IMG/VR virus record: IMGVR_UViG_3300028840_002702 | Location: 18,745 to 82,744 of that record | DNA: 64,000 nucleotides | Reading direction: 5' to 3' (one strand) | From: a virus | Shown: positions 30,194-39,786 of the stretch, piece after piece | Layout of the letters: each line of letters starts with the position of its first letter | How positions within the stretch are numbered: the stretch's first letter is position 1 | The notes under the pieces: generated by a model | Told to the model about the DNA's origin: nothing | The model's input: only the letters and a program-made list of their open reading frames with translations | The model's database searches: none | Position numbers and translations under genes: made by a program

Positions 30194-31480
30194 ATGAAAA
30201 AACATAAAGCTATCGCATATGCGATTTTTACCGGATCAAATTATATCGGCTGTATGAATACGGGTCGTTTTGAACAAGACACAATTCTTGAAAATTCTGA
30301 TGCATGTTTAGAAGGAAATTCGATGCATCTCGCTGGGTGTACTGCAAATTTAAAAATTGTCAAACCTAGTGAATGGAAAGAAGAAAATTATTTAGAAAAT
30401 CATCCAAGTTGTGGTTGTGATTATTTCTATGCTAATCCAAATTGTAGTGGATTAAGTCGAATTAATCGTAATGCTAATGCAGATCATTACAGAAATTTTT
30501 CTCTAAATGAATCTGTTGATATTATTGACAAGCTTGGTCCAAAAACTTTCTTTATTGAAAATGCTCCAACACTAAGTAGTCAAACTGGCTGGCCTATTCT
30601 TACTCGAATGGCAGAAGTACTTGGCGAAAATTACACATTCAATGTAACTCGTGATTATGGAAAATTTCACAATGTTCCAATGGGAAGACATCGTACTTTG
30701 GTAACTGGTTATCGCCGTGATGTTTTTGATAATAAAACTTTCAAACTTCCACATAAAGTTGTAACAACTAAAAAACTACTTGAAGAAGTTGGTTCAGATT
30801 TGATGCCACAAGATGTAGGTGTATTTAATTACGAACCATTTACTCATGATATGATTCAAATTGTTGAACAAAATTTCGAGATCTTTCAAGAAATTATTGA
30901 GAAGTATCAAAAGAAATTTACTATACTTTCTATTATTCTTTCAACTCATCCTCGTAATATCAATAAAGCGTTGGAAGAATCTTATGACTGGGATACAATC
31001 ATAAGAAAAACTAAGATGGAAAATGACAAGCATAAAGATAGTATTATTCGAGACATTGATCGTAAGATTGTGAAACTCGCTGGAGGCGGGGGTGTCTGGG
31101 ATAAGAGTCCAACACTGATTCATAAAGATGTTCAAATGGGAATTAGTCTGACTGCTATGGCAATTATGTATAATTACGAAGAACGTCGTTTGTTTAATAT
31201 CCGCGAATACGCAAACATGATGGGATATCCAAATGATTTCGTATTCAAACCTGGTGTTACAATTGGACATATTGCACAGGGTGTTCCAGCGAATTTTGCA
31301 CAATATGTTCATGAACATATCGCTAACGTTCTTGATAATCCTCAAGGTAATGTTGAATCAGTTGATGCTGATGCGGTTGTTCAATTGAATAATGCTAAAG
31401 AAGCAAGAACTGCAGCGGTTGATCTTGAAAGATTTAAAATACTCGGAAATATTAACTCAGCATTTGTAAAAGGAGAATAA
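30194..31480 (+). CDS. C5-cytosine DNA methyltransferase-like protein
   Basis: PNCSGLS (motif IV), IENAP (VI), VPMGRHR (VIII), RLFNIREYANMMGYP (IX), IAQGVP (X); motif I is degenerate (IFTGS). Confidence 0.8.
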   Translation: MKKHKAIAYAIFTGSNYIGCMNTGRFEQDTILENSDACLEGNSMHLAGCTANLKIVKPSEWKEENYLENHPSCGCDYFYANPNCSGLSRINRNANADHYRNFSLNESVDIIDKLGPKTFFIENAPTLSSQTGWPILTRMAEVLGENYTFNVTRDYGKFHNVPMGRHRTLVTGYRRDVFDNKTFKLPHKVVTTKKLLEEVGSDLMPQDVGVFNYEPFTHDMIQIVEQNFEIFQEIIEKYQKKFTILSIILSTHPRNINKALEESYDWDTIIRKTKMENDKHKDSIIRDIDRKIVKLAGGGGVWDKSPTLIHKDVQMGISLTAMAIMYNYEERRLFNIREYANMMGYPNDFVFKPGVTIGHIAQGVPANFAQYVHEHIANVLDNPQGNVESVDADAVVQLNNAKEARTAAVDLERFKILGNINSAFVKGE

Positions 31481-31483
31481 CAG

Positions 31484-32773
31484 TTGAAAAAGATCTGTGT
31501 ATTTAAAGTTGGTAAAAGTCCAAAGTTTTTCTGCAATGTAGATGTCAATGATCATCAATCGCGTATGATGGGTGACTGGGAGTTAGTCGAACTTATTCGA
31601 CTACTCTCAAATGAACATCCTGATGATCAAATTTATATTGTAGGACGAGCAAGACCTCAAAAGGGTTTTGATTTTAATGAACAATTCCCAAATGGTAATG
31701 TAAAGTATCTTCGTTTTGATAAAGATAAAGAAGATACTTCATTTGAGGCTGCACAATTCTATACTTCACATCCAGAGCTTGAAACAGTTGATGAATTCCA
31801 TTATCTTATGGGTCCACATGCCAGATATAATGGAAATATGAAACTCTGGGATGACGAAAAGGATAAACCAGTAAAAAGTATGATGTGTTTTGAAAATTAT
31901 GTAGCTCCTCTACATGCTTTAATGAACGCACATCCAAAAGCTGCCCATTTTCCATACATTTCTGACCGTCGATATGTATTTATTGGCCGAGATTTGGTTA
32001 CACAGCCCAAAATTATGCTTGCACAGAACGTCAAACCGTTCGAATTGGAGAATATTACCTTCAATAAAGCTGATGAAACGTCAAAACAGGGTTCTCAAGG
32101 GCCTAAAAAGTACACAATGGTACCATTTAGGTTCGATACATTGGTACTTTATGGTAAAAATAGGGACGAAATGACCCAAAATATGGTAAATTGGGAGTCC
32201 AGACCGTACGAAATATCAGTTGTAGCCAATCAAGTGGCCCCAAATATGGAAGGAAGTAGGTTCCAGGAGATCAAAAAGAACGTTCTGGACGTATATCCGG
32301 CCGAAAAAGTGGGTATAATTGGTCAGTGGAAGATAAAAGAAGTGGTAGAAGACCATATAGATTACGTTCATGAGGGTAGAACTGATGGTTGGGGTACTGA
32401 TTATTACGAAGAAATGAAGAAATTTAAGTATTCTATCATATTCTTTAACTGGAGAGACTGTTCTACTAAGACATCTAGAGCTCAAATTAAGGATAATTGG
32501 ATAACACCTAAGGTTTATGAAACAATGCTGCTTGGATGTGGTACTTTTATCCATGTAGAAGACCCTGAAATGCGTAAATGGTTCATTCCATACCTTGGAG
32601 ATAAACTACTTTTCAGCACACCTGAAGAGTTGAAGCATAAAATTGATACTTTTACTAAACAAGATATCATTGATGCTCAATTAGAAGTACTAAAACAGTC
32701 ATATTTTGATGGTTCTTACTTCAAAAAATTTATTGATAACGTAAGAAGTAAAATTTATGGCAATAGTAAATAA
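31484..32773 (+). CDS. GT-B protein resembling T4 DNA beta-glucosyltransferase
   Basis: SDRR resembles BGT TDIR; DNWITPKVYETM...STPEEL resembles BGT DNFITLRVWETM...NNRAEL; TTG start with AGGAG RBS. Confidence 0.6.
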   Translation: MKKICVFKVGKSPKFFCNVDVNDHQSRMMGDWELVELIRLLSNEHPDDQIYIVGRARPQKGFDFNEQFPNGNVKYLRFDKDKEDTSFEAAQFYTSHPELETVDEFHYLMGPHARYNGNMKLWDDEKDKPVKSMMCFENYVAPLHALMNAHPKAAHFPYISDRRYVFIGRDLVTQPKIMLAQNVKPFELENITFNKADETSKQGSQGPKKYTMVPFRFDTLVLYGKNRDEMTQNMVNWESRPYEISVVANQVAPNMEGSRFQEIKKNVLDVYPAEKVGIIGQWKIKEVVEDHIDYVHEGRTDGWGTDYYEEMKKFKYSIIFFNWRDCSTKTSRAQIKDNWITPKVYETMLLGCGTFIHVEDPEMRKWFIPYLGDKLLFSTPEELKHKIDTFTKQDIIDAQLEVLKQSYFDGSYFKKFIDNVRSKIYGNSK

Positions 32774-33140
32774 ACAATTTGAAGATTTTGTAGCATATGA
32801 TCCACACCAACTAATAAATTGCGGTCATAACTGGCTACCAGAGAAAAGTAATATGTATAAAGTAAACGATGTAATTAAATTTTCTAATACACAATTGGTT
32901 CATCCAGATATCATTAATAAAAAGTTTCTAATAACTGAACGATTAGTAGCTCATGTATCAATGATTTCTTTAGATGAAGATGAAATTGCACTTAATATCG
33001 ACTATCAAACTGTTCAAGATTTAGGTGGAGCAAAAATTGGATATCGTAGACAGAAAGCTGTTGGATTCTGGGCAAGTCTACGTAAAGATCCTGAATATGA
33101 AATTATTAATCTTGCAAATGAGAAAAATATAGATGGCTAA
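32757..33140 (+). CDS. Hypothetical protein
   Basis: Coupled ORF, 127 aa. Confidence 0.6.
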   Translation: MAIVNKQFEDFVAYDPHQLINCGHNWLPEKSNMYKVNDVIKFSNTQLVHPDIINKKFLITERLVAHVSMISLDEDEIALNIDYQTVQDLGGAKIGYRRQKAVGFWASLRKDPEYEIINLANEKNIDG

Positions 33141-33339
33141 TTTTGAAAATATCTCAAATGGAAAACACGGTGAAAATTCAAACGCATTTTGTGAACATTG
33201 TTATACACTTGAAAAGGGTATTGAATTATATATGGACGGATGTACTTGGTGTAGAGCTTGTATGATTGCAAATGGTTGGACTGATGAAAAACTTAATGAT
33301 ATGAGAGATAATGGTACTGAATATGACGATACAATCTGA
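33133..33339 (+). CDS. Small Cys-rich protein
   Basis: CEHC...CRAC. Confidence 0.55.
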   Translation: MANFENISNGKHGENSNAFCEHCYTLEKGIELYMDGCTWCRACMIANGWTDEKLNDMRDNGTEYDDTI

Positions 33340-33580
33340 ACCAGAACATCATAAACGTTATAGAGTAGCATGGGAGGCTCATAGAGATCCCGATACACCA
33401 AAATCTTGCTTAAAAGATATTGAAAATGAAATGGATAATGCTCAGAATGATTTTAAGTGGGATGAATTTCAAGAATTCAAACAAACACTTCCAGGTTATA
33501 TAGAACATTGGGAAAAAATGAAAAATGATCTTGATAAAAAATTGCTTGATATTATTGACAAAGAGATAAAAGATAAATAA
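33323..33580 (+). CDS. Hypothetical protein
   Basis: Coupled ORF. Confidence 0.55.
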   Translation: MTIQSEPEHHKRYRVAWEAHRDPDTPKSCLKDIENEMDNAQNDFKWDEFQEFKQTLPGYIEHWEKMKNDLDKKLLDIIDKEIKDK

Positions 33581-34197
33581 TGAAAAATACTATTGAACTT
33601 TTAGGAATTTATGGATCAGATTTAACACATGCACAATCGGCATGGACTTCAACTGAACGTGAATTAGATCAAAAGAAATTAAATCGTGTACCACAACTAT
33701 TAAAATATCTAGCTGAAAATAAACATGAAACTCCATTTGAGAAAAGTACATTACATTTCTTGGTAACATCAGAAATTGCTTCTCATATTCACATGCTTAA
33801 ACATCGAATTGGTGTTTCTATTAATGCTGAATCTGCTCGTTATAAAGAATTAAATGATGACAAATACTATATTCCTGACGATTGGCCAGAATTTCTACGT
33901 AAAGATTATATCAATTATATGGAAAAAGCATTTGAAAAATATCATGAAGTTTTAGCTCATTTAGAAATAATTGGATTTGATAGAAAACGTGCTAAAGAAT
34001 CTGCTAGATTTTATCTTCCATACGCTAATCAAATCAAATGTGATATAACATTTAACTTTCGATCATTTGTTCACTTTCAACGTCTTAGAAATGATGAACA
34101 TGCTCAATTAGAAATTAGAGAAATTGCGCAACAGATGCTTAAGTTAGTTAAAGATCATGGTGATTTTTTCCATACAATTAATGCGTTTAACTTGTAG
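33580..34197 (+). CDS. thyX: Flavin-dependent thymidylate synthase
   Basis: HETPFE, KHR-x8-SARY, ESARFYLP, NFRSF, HAQLEIR. Confidence 0.93.
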   Translation: MKNTIELLGIYGSDLTHAQSAWTSTERELDQKKLNRVPQLLKYLAENKHETPFEKSTLHFLVTSEIASHIHMLKHRIGVSINAESARYKELNDDKYYIPDDWPEFLRKDYINYMEKAFEKYHEVLAHLEIIGFDRKRAKESARFYLPYANQIKCDITFNFRSFVHFQRLRNDEHAQLEIREIAQQMLKLVKDHGDFFHTINAFNL

Positions 34198-34227
34198 ATA
34201 AATAATGATTTTAGAGGAAACAGAATA

Positions 34228-34845
34228 ATGAGTGTAAAAGTACAATTTTGGTCTTATAATGATCCTGATTTACATGTAGCATGGTTTCAAAATCTATCTG
34301 ATTTAGATTATGTAGAAATTAAAGAAGGTGACATTTTATCTGAAGGTTGTGATATTTTAGTAAGTCCAGCAAATAGTTTTGGTTTTATGGATGGCGGCAT
34401 AGATCTTCATTATAGAAATTTTTTTGGAATGGAGTTAGAAACCAGAGTTAAAAATGAAATTATTAATTATCGGGATGGTGAACTTCCTGTAGGAGATGCA
34501 CTAACAGTACCAACAATGAATGAAAAATTTCAATGGTTAATGGTACTTCCAACTATGAGAACACCAACTATTCTAAGACCTTCTGATCCAAATATTTATC
34601 TCGCGGCAAAAAGATTAGCATGGAGTATAAAAGGTTGGATGAATGAAGGTCGAGATAAGATTATTGCAGTCCCTGGACTTGGAACCGGTGTTGGTAAAAT
34701 GCCTCCAGATATTTGTGCTAAACATATTAGACTTGCTTTTGATAGGGTTATGAGTCCTAAAACTTGGTCTCCAACATGTTTTAGTGATGCTAAACTTCCT
34801 GGTGATACTCGTATGAGTATGCACGATTTCTTTCCTTCATTTTAA
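34228..34845 (+). CDS. Macro-domain (ADP-ribose processing) protein
   Basis: GDI, VSPANSFGFMDGGID, PTMR, PGLGTGVG. Confidence 0.9.
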   Translation: MSVKVQFWSYNDPDLHVAWFQNLSDLDYVEIKEGDILSEGCDILVSPANSFGFMDGGIDLHYRNFFGMELETRVKNEIINYRDGELPVGDALTVPTMNEKFQWLMVLPTMRTPTILRPSDPNIYLAAKRLAWSIKGWMNEGRDKIIAVPGLGTGVGKMPPDICAKHIRLAFDRVMSPKTWSPTCFSDAKLPGDTRMSMHDFFPSF

Positions 34846-34916
34846 TTAAAAAGATTTACACAAATGGTTTACTTAGAACTATTTGTGTTTATTTATTTTT
34901 AACAAAGGAAATTAAA

Positions 34917-35156
34917 ATGGATAAGAAAATTGTAAAAATTCCTTTACGTGATCGTTTTCGAAATGGAGGAAATCAAAGAACTAGTATTCTTGGTTATCTT
35001 GAAACAGACGAAATTGAATTATCAACTTTAGCATGGTTATTAGCCAATAAAATTGAATTGAAATTGGCTGGGGAAGTAAGACTTGATCAACATGGTCACT
35101 ATGAATTAACAGAAATTAGATTTGAAGCAATTCCACATGAGCGTAATAAAAAGTAG
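34917..35156 (+). CDS. Hypothetical protein
   Basis: 79 aa with AAGGA RBS. Confidence 0.55.
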   Translation: MDKKIVKIPLRDRFRNGGNQRTSILGYLETDEIELSTLAWLLANKIELKLAGEVRLDQHGHYELTEIRFEAIPHERNKK

Positions 35157-35700
35157 TATAATAGTAGAAGGTTTAGATTGTACAGGAAAAAGTACAATAA
35201 TCAAACATATTCAAAATGAAATTCCTCGATTAAAATATTATCATTTTGAATTCCCACAAGGTAATACTGATATTGAAAAGTATGCATTTCAATGGGGTCA
35301 GTTTGATATGATGTTTAAATTTATTGAATTGACAAATGGTAGTACACAGTTTATATTTGATAGAGCACATATCGGTGAATATATTTGGGGTCCAAAATAT
35401 CGAAAAATGTTTCCTGATTATATGCCAATGATTGAAGATAAGTATAAAAATCTTCCAATAGTTTTACTTCATGTTCATGCTCACCATTCAAAAATTTATC
35501 AACGTTTTGAACAACGTGAAGATGAGAAAACACCTGGTATTATGTATATTAAAGAATATCTAAATAAGTTTAGACTATTCTGTGAACGGAGTCCATTTTA
35601 TACAATATCACTTAATACGACCGATTTGGAAACACCAGATCAAATTAGCGCTGCAGTTAAAGATGTAGTTAGACAAATAGACGAATTCGAAAATAAATGA
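35137..35700 (+). CDS. Thymidylate-kinase-like dNMP kinase
   Basis: VEGLDCTGKST P-loop; FDRAHIGEYIWG. Confidence 0.85.
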   Translation: MSVIKSSIIVEGLDCTGKSTIIKHIQNEIPRLKYYHFEFPQGNTDIEKYAFQWGQFDMMFKFIELTNGSTQFIFDRAHIGEYIWGPKYRKMFPDYMPMIEDKYKNLPIVLLHVHAHHSKIYQRFEQREDEKTPGIMYIKEYLNKFRLFCERSPFYTISLNTTDLETPDQISAAVKDVVRQIDEFENK

Positions 35701-36431
35701 AAATTTTCAAAGACATACATAAAGCATATCGTGGCGTATTAATTGATGTTCGCGATAATTACGATCACATTTGTGCTCCACGTGAACAAGAAATTAGAGA
35801 AATCAGAGACTACTCATTTCGTATTGATAATCCAGTAGCTGAAGCTATTATTACAGCTGATGAAAAACGAAATGAAGTTATTGAAGATTATACTATGAAA
35901 GAATGGAAATTGTACGATTCATGTAGTAACCAAGTTCAGGATTTTGCAAAAGCATCCAAATTTTGGAATAAGCTACAAAATCCTGATGGTACAGTGAACT
36001 CAGCATATGGTTATTTGATTTGGAAGAAAAAATCTTTTGGAACCATAGCTTACGGTGATGGTCTGCATAGAACTCCATGGGAATGGGCTAAAGAATCTTT
36101 GATAAGAGATAAAGATTCTCGTCAGGCATTTCTTAAATTCTCTTTGCCAGAACACCAATGGTTTGGGAATAAAGATCAGACTTGTACGATGCATGCTAAT
36201 TTCCTCATTCGTGATGATAAGTTACATTTAACTGTTGTTATGCGTAGTAATGATGTTAAACTTGGCTTAGCTTACGATCTTCCATGGTTTGTATCTCTCT
36301 TGGATAGAATGCAAGATGATCTTATTGAGACTTATCCAGAATTGAAAATTGGAACTTATACTCATATTGCTCATAGTATGCATATGTACGAAAGAGATTT
36401 AGAAGATATTAGTAAGATGATCGGGGTTTAA
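35697..36431 (+). CDS. Thymidylate synthase homologue, dCMP hydroxymethylase type
   Basis: NSAYG, DSRQA, catalytic Cys in DQTCT, MRSNDVKLGLAYD (Asp at the dCMP-specificity position as in T4 gp42), SMHMYE. Confidence 0.82.
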   Translation: MKIFKDIHKAYRGVLIDVRDNYDHICAPREQEIREIRDYSFRIDNPVAEAIITADEKRNEVIEDYTMKEWKLYDSCSNQVQDFAKASKFWNKLQNPDGTVNSAYGYLIWKKKSFGTIAYGDGLHRTPWEWAKESLIRDKDSRQAFLKFSLPEHQWFGNKDQTCTMHANFLIRDDKLHLTVVMRSNDVKLGLAYDLPWFVSLLDRMQDDLIETYPELKIGTYTHIAHSMHMYERDLEDISKMIGV

Positions 36432-36444
36432 CTATCCTAAAATT

Positions 36445-36720
36445 TCATTTCTTGGCTAATTCATTTTTTTCATTAATGGAATCAAATTCAATACAAAGTT
36501 TAATCATTTCAGAATTTAGTTGTAGTTTTTGATTTTGTTTATTAAGAATTTTAACTAAACGTTTTCTTGTTGTTGAATCAACTGATTTACTTTTAAGAGC
36601 GTTTTCAATTTTAGAAATACGGACCATCTGAGATTGACGTTGAACATGAAGCTGTATCATTGTATCAGATGCCATTGTCACTGTAGAAACTAATAAAAGA
36701 GCCAAGATTAGAAATTTCAT
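36445..36720 (-). CDS. Small secreted protein
   Basis: Signal-peptide-like MKFLILALLLVSTVTMA; AAGGA RBS on the minus strand. Confidence 0.65.
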   Translation of the reverse strand: MKFLILALLLVSTVTMASDTMIQLHVQRQSQMVRISKIENALKSKSVDSTTRKRLVKILNKQNQKLQLNSEMIKLCIEFDSINEKNELAKK

Positions 36721-36895
36721 TAAAATTTTTCCTTTTGGTTTAAATTGTATAATATTATATAGAATTTTCTATGCCAAACTTGGAAAAAATGACACATTTA
36801 TTTATGACAGAATAACTTACGACTATCTATGATAGAAGCTAATGAGAATGTGTGACATTAATATCACATTATAATGAGATATAAAAGTACCAACT

Positions 36896-37180
36896 ATGAA
36901 TAAACAACAAATAAAAGAGACAATAATATCCCTTTATCCTGACTTAACGTCATCACAACTCAATGAAATAACTGAGTATATAATGATCTCTGAAGTTGAT
37001 TTTGATAAAGTATTAATTGAAGAATTTGCACAAAAAATACAAAATTATATTGATAGACAAACATGGAGTCTTTTAAGAAGTGCAATAATGGAACAAGATG
37101 AATTTGAAGAAACAAAAATGGTTACTCCGTTTAATCCGTTTGAAAATAACTTAAATATATTTGGTGATAATGATGATTAG
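36896..37180 (+). CDS. Hypothetical protein
   Basis: 94-aa ORF. Confidence 0.55.
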   Translation: MNKQQIKETIISLYPDLTSSQLNEITEYIMISEVDFDKVLIEEFAQKIQNYIDRQTWSLLRSAIMEQDEFEETKMVTPFNPFENNLNIFGDNDD

Positions 37181-37553
37181 TTTATGGAAAGATAAAAATA
37201 CTGGTGAGTGGATTACAGATGATGGTCAAATATTTGATATTGATGATTATATCTTAATAGATATATTTGATTTTTGTGGATGCGGTCATACAAAATCTGC
37301 AGTTGAACATATTATCGGTGCTCTAAAACTTATTAAAGAAAAAGATGAAATTAATAAAAATACTAAATTCGAAGATTGGTATGAAGAATGGGCTGAAAAA
37401 GTAAGTAATTTCTTTAATCATGATAGGGGTGCTCAAACAATTATGTGGTATTGTTTTGACAGAGCGGGACTTACTGACCATGGTGGCAGTGTTCCTGGTT
37501 GGTTAACTGAAAAAGGATATGATCTTATAGATCTATATGAAAAGGTAACTTAA
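37170..37553 (+). CDS. Hypothetical phage protein
   Basis: FCGCG and HGGSVPGWLTEKG motifs. Confidence 0.7.
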   Translation: MMISLWKDKNTGEWITDDGQIFDIDDYILIDIFDFCGCGHTKSAVEHIIGALKLIKEKDEINKNTKFEDWYEEWAEKVSNFFNHDRGAQTIMWYCFDRAGLTDHGGSVPGWLTEKGYDLIDLYEKVT

Positions 37554-37555
37554 AA

Positions 37556-37933
37556 ATGAAAAGTAGACAAGGATTTGTAAGTAATAGTAGTTCATCTAGC
37601 TTTGTTATAATTGGAGCTAAACTTAAACAAGATATTCAAAATATTTCTGAAGAAAAAATGATTGAAATTATGAAATCATTTAAACTTGAATATGATGAAA
37701 AATATCCTGAAGATTCTTTTTGGGATTATGCATATTGTGAAGATTTTGGTGGTATTGGTATCGTACATAATACTAATTGTGTTGGAAAAACAGTCGCAAC
37801 ATGGGATGATTGTACTAGTATCAAAGAATTTAATATGAAAAATTTTGATCCTGAAAAAATTAAAAAACAAATTAAAGATATATTTGGCGAAGATGTTGAT
37901 GTTAAAATGTATTGTGGAATGACATACGGGTAA
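37556..37933 (+). CDS. MKxRxGFVSNSSSSSF-motif protein
   Basis: N-terminal MKSRQGFVSNSSSSSF. Confidence 0.75.
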   Translation: MKSRQGFVSNSSSSSFVIIGAKLKQDIQNISEEKMIEIMKSFKLEYDEKYPEDSFWDYAYCEDFGGIGIVHNTNCVGKTVATWDDCTSIKEFNMKNFDPEKIKKQIKDIFGEDVDVKMYCGMTYG

Positions 37934-37938
37934 AAATT

Positions 37939-38625
37939 ATGAAAAGAAGAGACGGATTTGTAAGTAATAGTAGTAGCAGTAGTTTTATTCTTGGATCTCA
38001 TAAAACTGTTCTTCAATATGCTATTGATATGGTTCCCTATAGAGAATGGGAAAATATTGACTGTGAATTAATTGAACAACTACGAAGTCTTCAAGATGAT
38101 CCAACATGGAATGATAATGCGCCAATAATGTTTAATTCTTGTAATTATGATACATTAATTGCTAGACTTGGTGATCATGTTTATATAAGTACATGTAATA
38201 ATCATCAATTTTATAATGCCTTCGACCATGAAGATATAGTAAATGTTAATCCCGAAACTGCTGAAAAAGAACTTGGTATCATAATGAATCCAGGAGAAGC
38301 TACTGATTATGCATATGATCTTTATGACTTATATCTGGATAGCTATAGTTTCTACTTTACACATGTCAGTGAAGAATTTATAAACGAATCTAAAACTGAT
38401 ATTAGAGATCAACCAAAACGTATTAAATCTATGGTTGATAATGTTGCAAAAAGTACTGAAAAAGAAGACAGATGGGAATGTAATACTTCTGATCTATCTT
38501 TTGATGAAATGGTTGCTTTAATGTATCTTATTAAATCCGGTCAAGCAGATACTATTATTTGTATCTCAGATACAACATTCTCTCGACTTGATAATAAAAT
38601 GAAAGATAAATTCATTAAATACTAA
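37939..38625 (+). CDS. MKxRxGFVSNSSSSSF-motif protein
   Basis: N-terminal MKRRDGFVSNSSSSSF. Confidence 0.75.
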   Translation: MKRRDGFVSNSSSSSFILGSHKTVLQYAIDMVPYREWENIDCELIEQLRSLQDDPTWNDNAPIMFNSCNYDTLIARLGDHVYISTCNNHQFYNAFDHEDIVNVNPETAEKELGIIMNPGEATDYAYDLYDLYLDSYSFYFTHVSEEFINESKTDIRDQPKRIKSMVDNVAKSTEKEDRWECNTSDLSFDEMVALMYLIKSGQADTIICISDTTFSRLDNKMKDKFIKY

Positions 38626-38643
38626 TTGTAACTGCGAAACATT

Positions 38644-38670
38644 GGAGTCGGCTTTATGTCGGCTCCTTTT
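38644..38670 (+). terminator. Rho-independent terminator
   Basis: GGAGTCGGC-TTTAT-GTCGGCTCC followed by TTTT. Confidence 0.75.
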
Positions 38671-38678
38671 GTTGTTTT

Positions 38679-38686
38679 TATAAATA
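38679..38686 (+). promoter_or_regulatory. T4-type late promoter
   Basis: TATAAATA upstream of the four EAFK-family genes. Confidence 0.7.
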
Positions 38687-38708
38687 TTTCATAAAAAGGA
38701 TTTATCAT

Positions 38709-39260
38709 ATGAAATTTAACACAATAATGGAAGCATTTAAAATACCTTCTAAACAAAAACGTTTAGAAAAGATTGGTTTTAATGAAGAATTATTCCAACA
38801 AAATATTAAAGAAGCAAGAGATAATACTAGCTTCAATGATTTTGATATTAAACTAGAATCGGATTTAACACCTTATGGTCTTGAAAGTCTAGTAACACGT
38901 CAACTAATAAAATCTGCTGAATTATATGATGGATTTAAACATGAAAAAAATACAACATTCGACTCAGTAATATTATTCATAAAAGAAGCTGAAGACTATA
39001 AAATCGACCTCAAGTACATAATTAAATCTGATGATTATGAACAAGTCGAAATATCATTTTATGTATTCTTTGATTATCCTAATTATAAACTATCAAAAGG
39101 TACATTTGGTGCACGAAAATTTTATAACAGAATAACACATGAAGATGTTTTAGATCTAAGAAACTATATCTTAACACCAGATGATGTTAGTGTTAGTGAA
39201 AGTTGGGGTATTACAGTTGATACTTCTTATTTTAAACTTAGTGAGCTCAGAGATGAATAA
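38709..39260 (+). CDS. EAFKxP-leader family, putative internal head protein
   Basis: MKFNTIMEAFKIPSK. Confidence 0.7.
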   Translation: MKFNTIMEAFKIPSKQKRLEKIGFNEELFQQNIKEARDNTSFNDFDIKLESDLTPYGLESLVTRQLIKSAELYDGFKHEKNTTFDSVILFIKEAEDYKIDLKYIIKSDDYEQVEISFYVFFDYPNYKLSKGTFGARKFYNRITHEDVLDLRNYILTPDDVSVSESWGITVDTSYFKLSELRDE

Positions 39261-39777
39261 ATTTACAAACAAATATAATACTTTATTGGAAGCATTTAAA
39301 CTTCCACAATCTAATACACTAATTAGGCAGTATCAAAATTTATACGATTTAACAGAAGAACAAACTGAAAAATTCATAAAACATGCGGATTTTGTTGATA
39401 AATTAAAAACGATCAAATTTGAAATTCCTGTTAGTAAAGATCCAGATAATAATTATGATATGGTTGGTAAAATCCATAAAGTAATTGAAAAGGTCTTACC
39501 AAAAAATTATGAAATTGACGCAATGAATAATGTATTCTGGGGTAAACCAATGTTTTACACTAAAATAACAGTTGCTAATAGAGAAAATGATGGTACTGCT
39601 GCGATAGTTATTCATATAAATCAGGCCGCCAATGGTAAAATTATTGTTGATAATTTTATTTATTTTGATGATGTCAAATTTTTAAATTCAGAAGAAGTAT
39701 CTTTAATGGATGATACAATAACAGATAATATCTTTAATGATATAAGATCAGTACCAAATATTTTTTCAGTAAAATAG
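39253..39777 (+). CDS. EAFKxP-leader family, putative internal head protein
   Basis: MNKFTNKYNTLLEAFKLPQS. Confidence 0.7.
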   Translation: MNKFTNKYNTLLEAFKLPQSNTLIRQYQNLYDLTEEQTEKFIKHADFVDKLKTIKFEIPVSKDPDNNYDMVGKIHKVIEKVLPKNYEIDAMNNVFWGKPMFYTKITVANRENDGTAAIVIHINQAANGKIIVDNFIYFDDVKFLNSEEVSLMDDTITDNIFNDIRSVPNIFSVK

Positions 39778-39786
39778 GAATATAAA

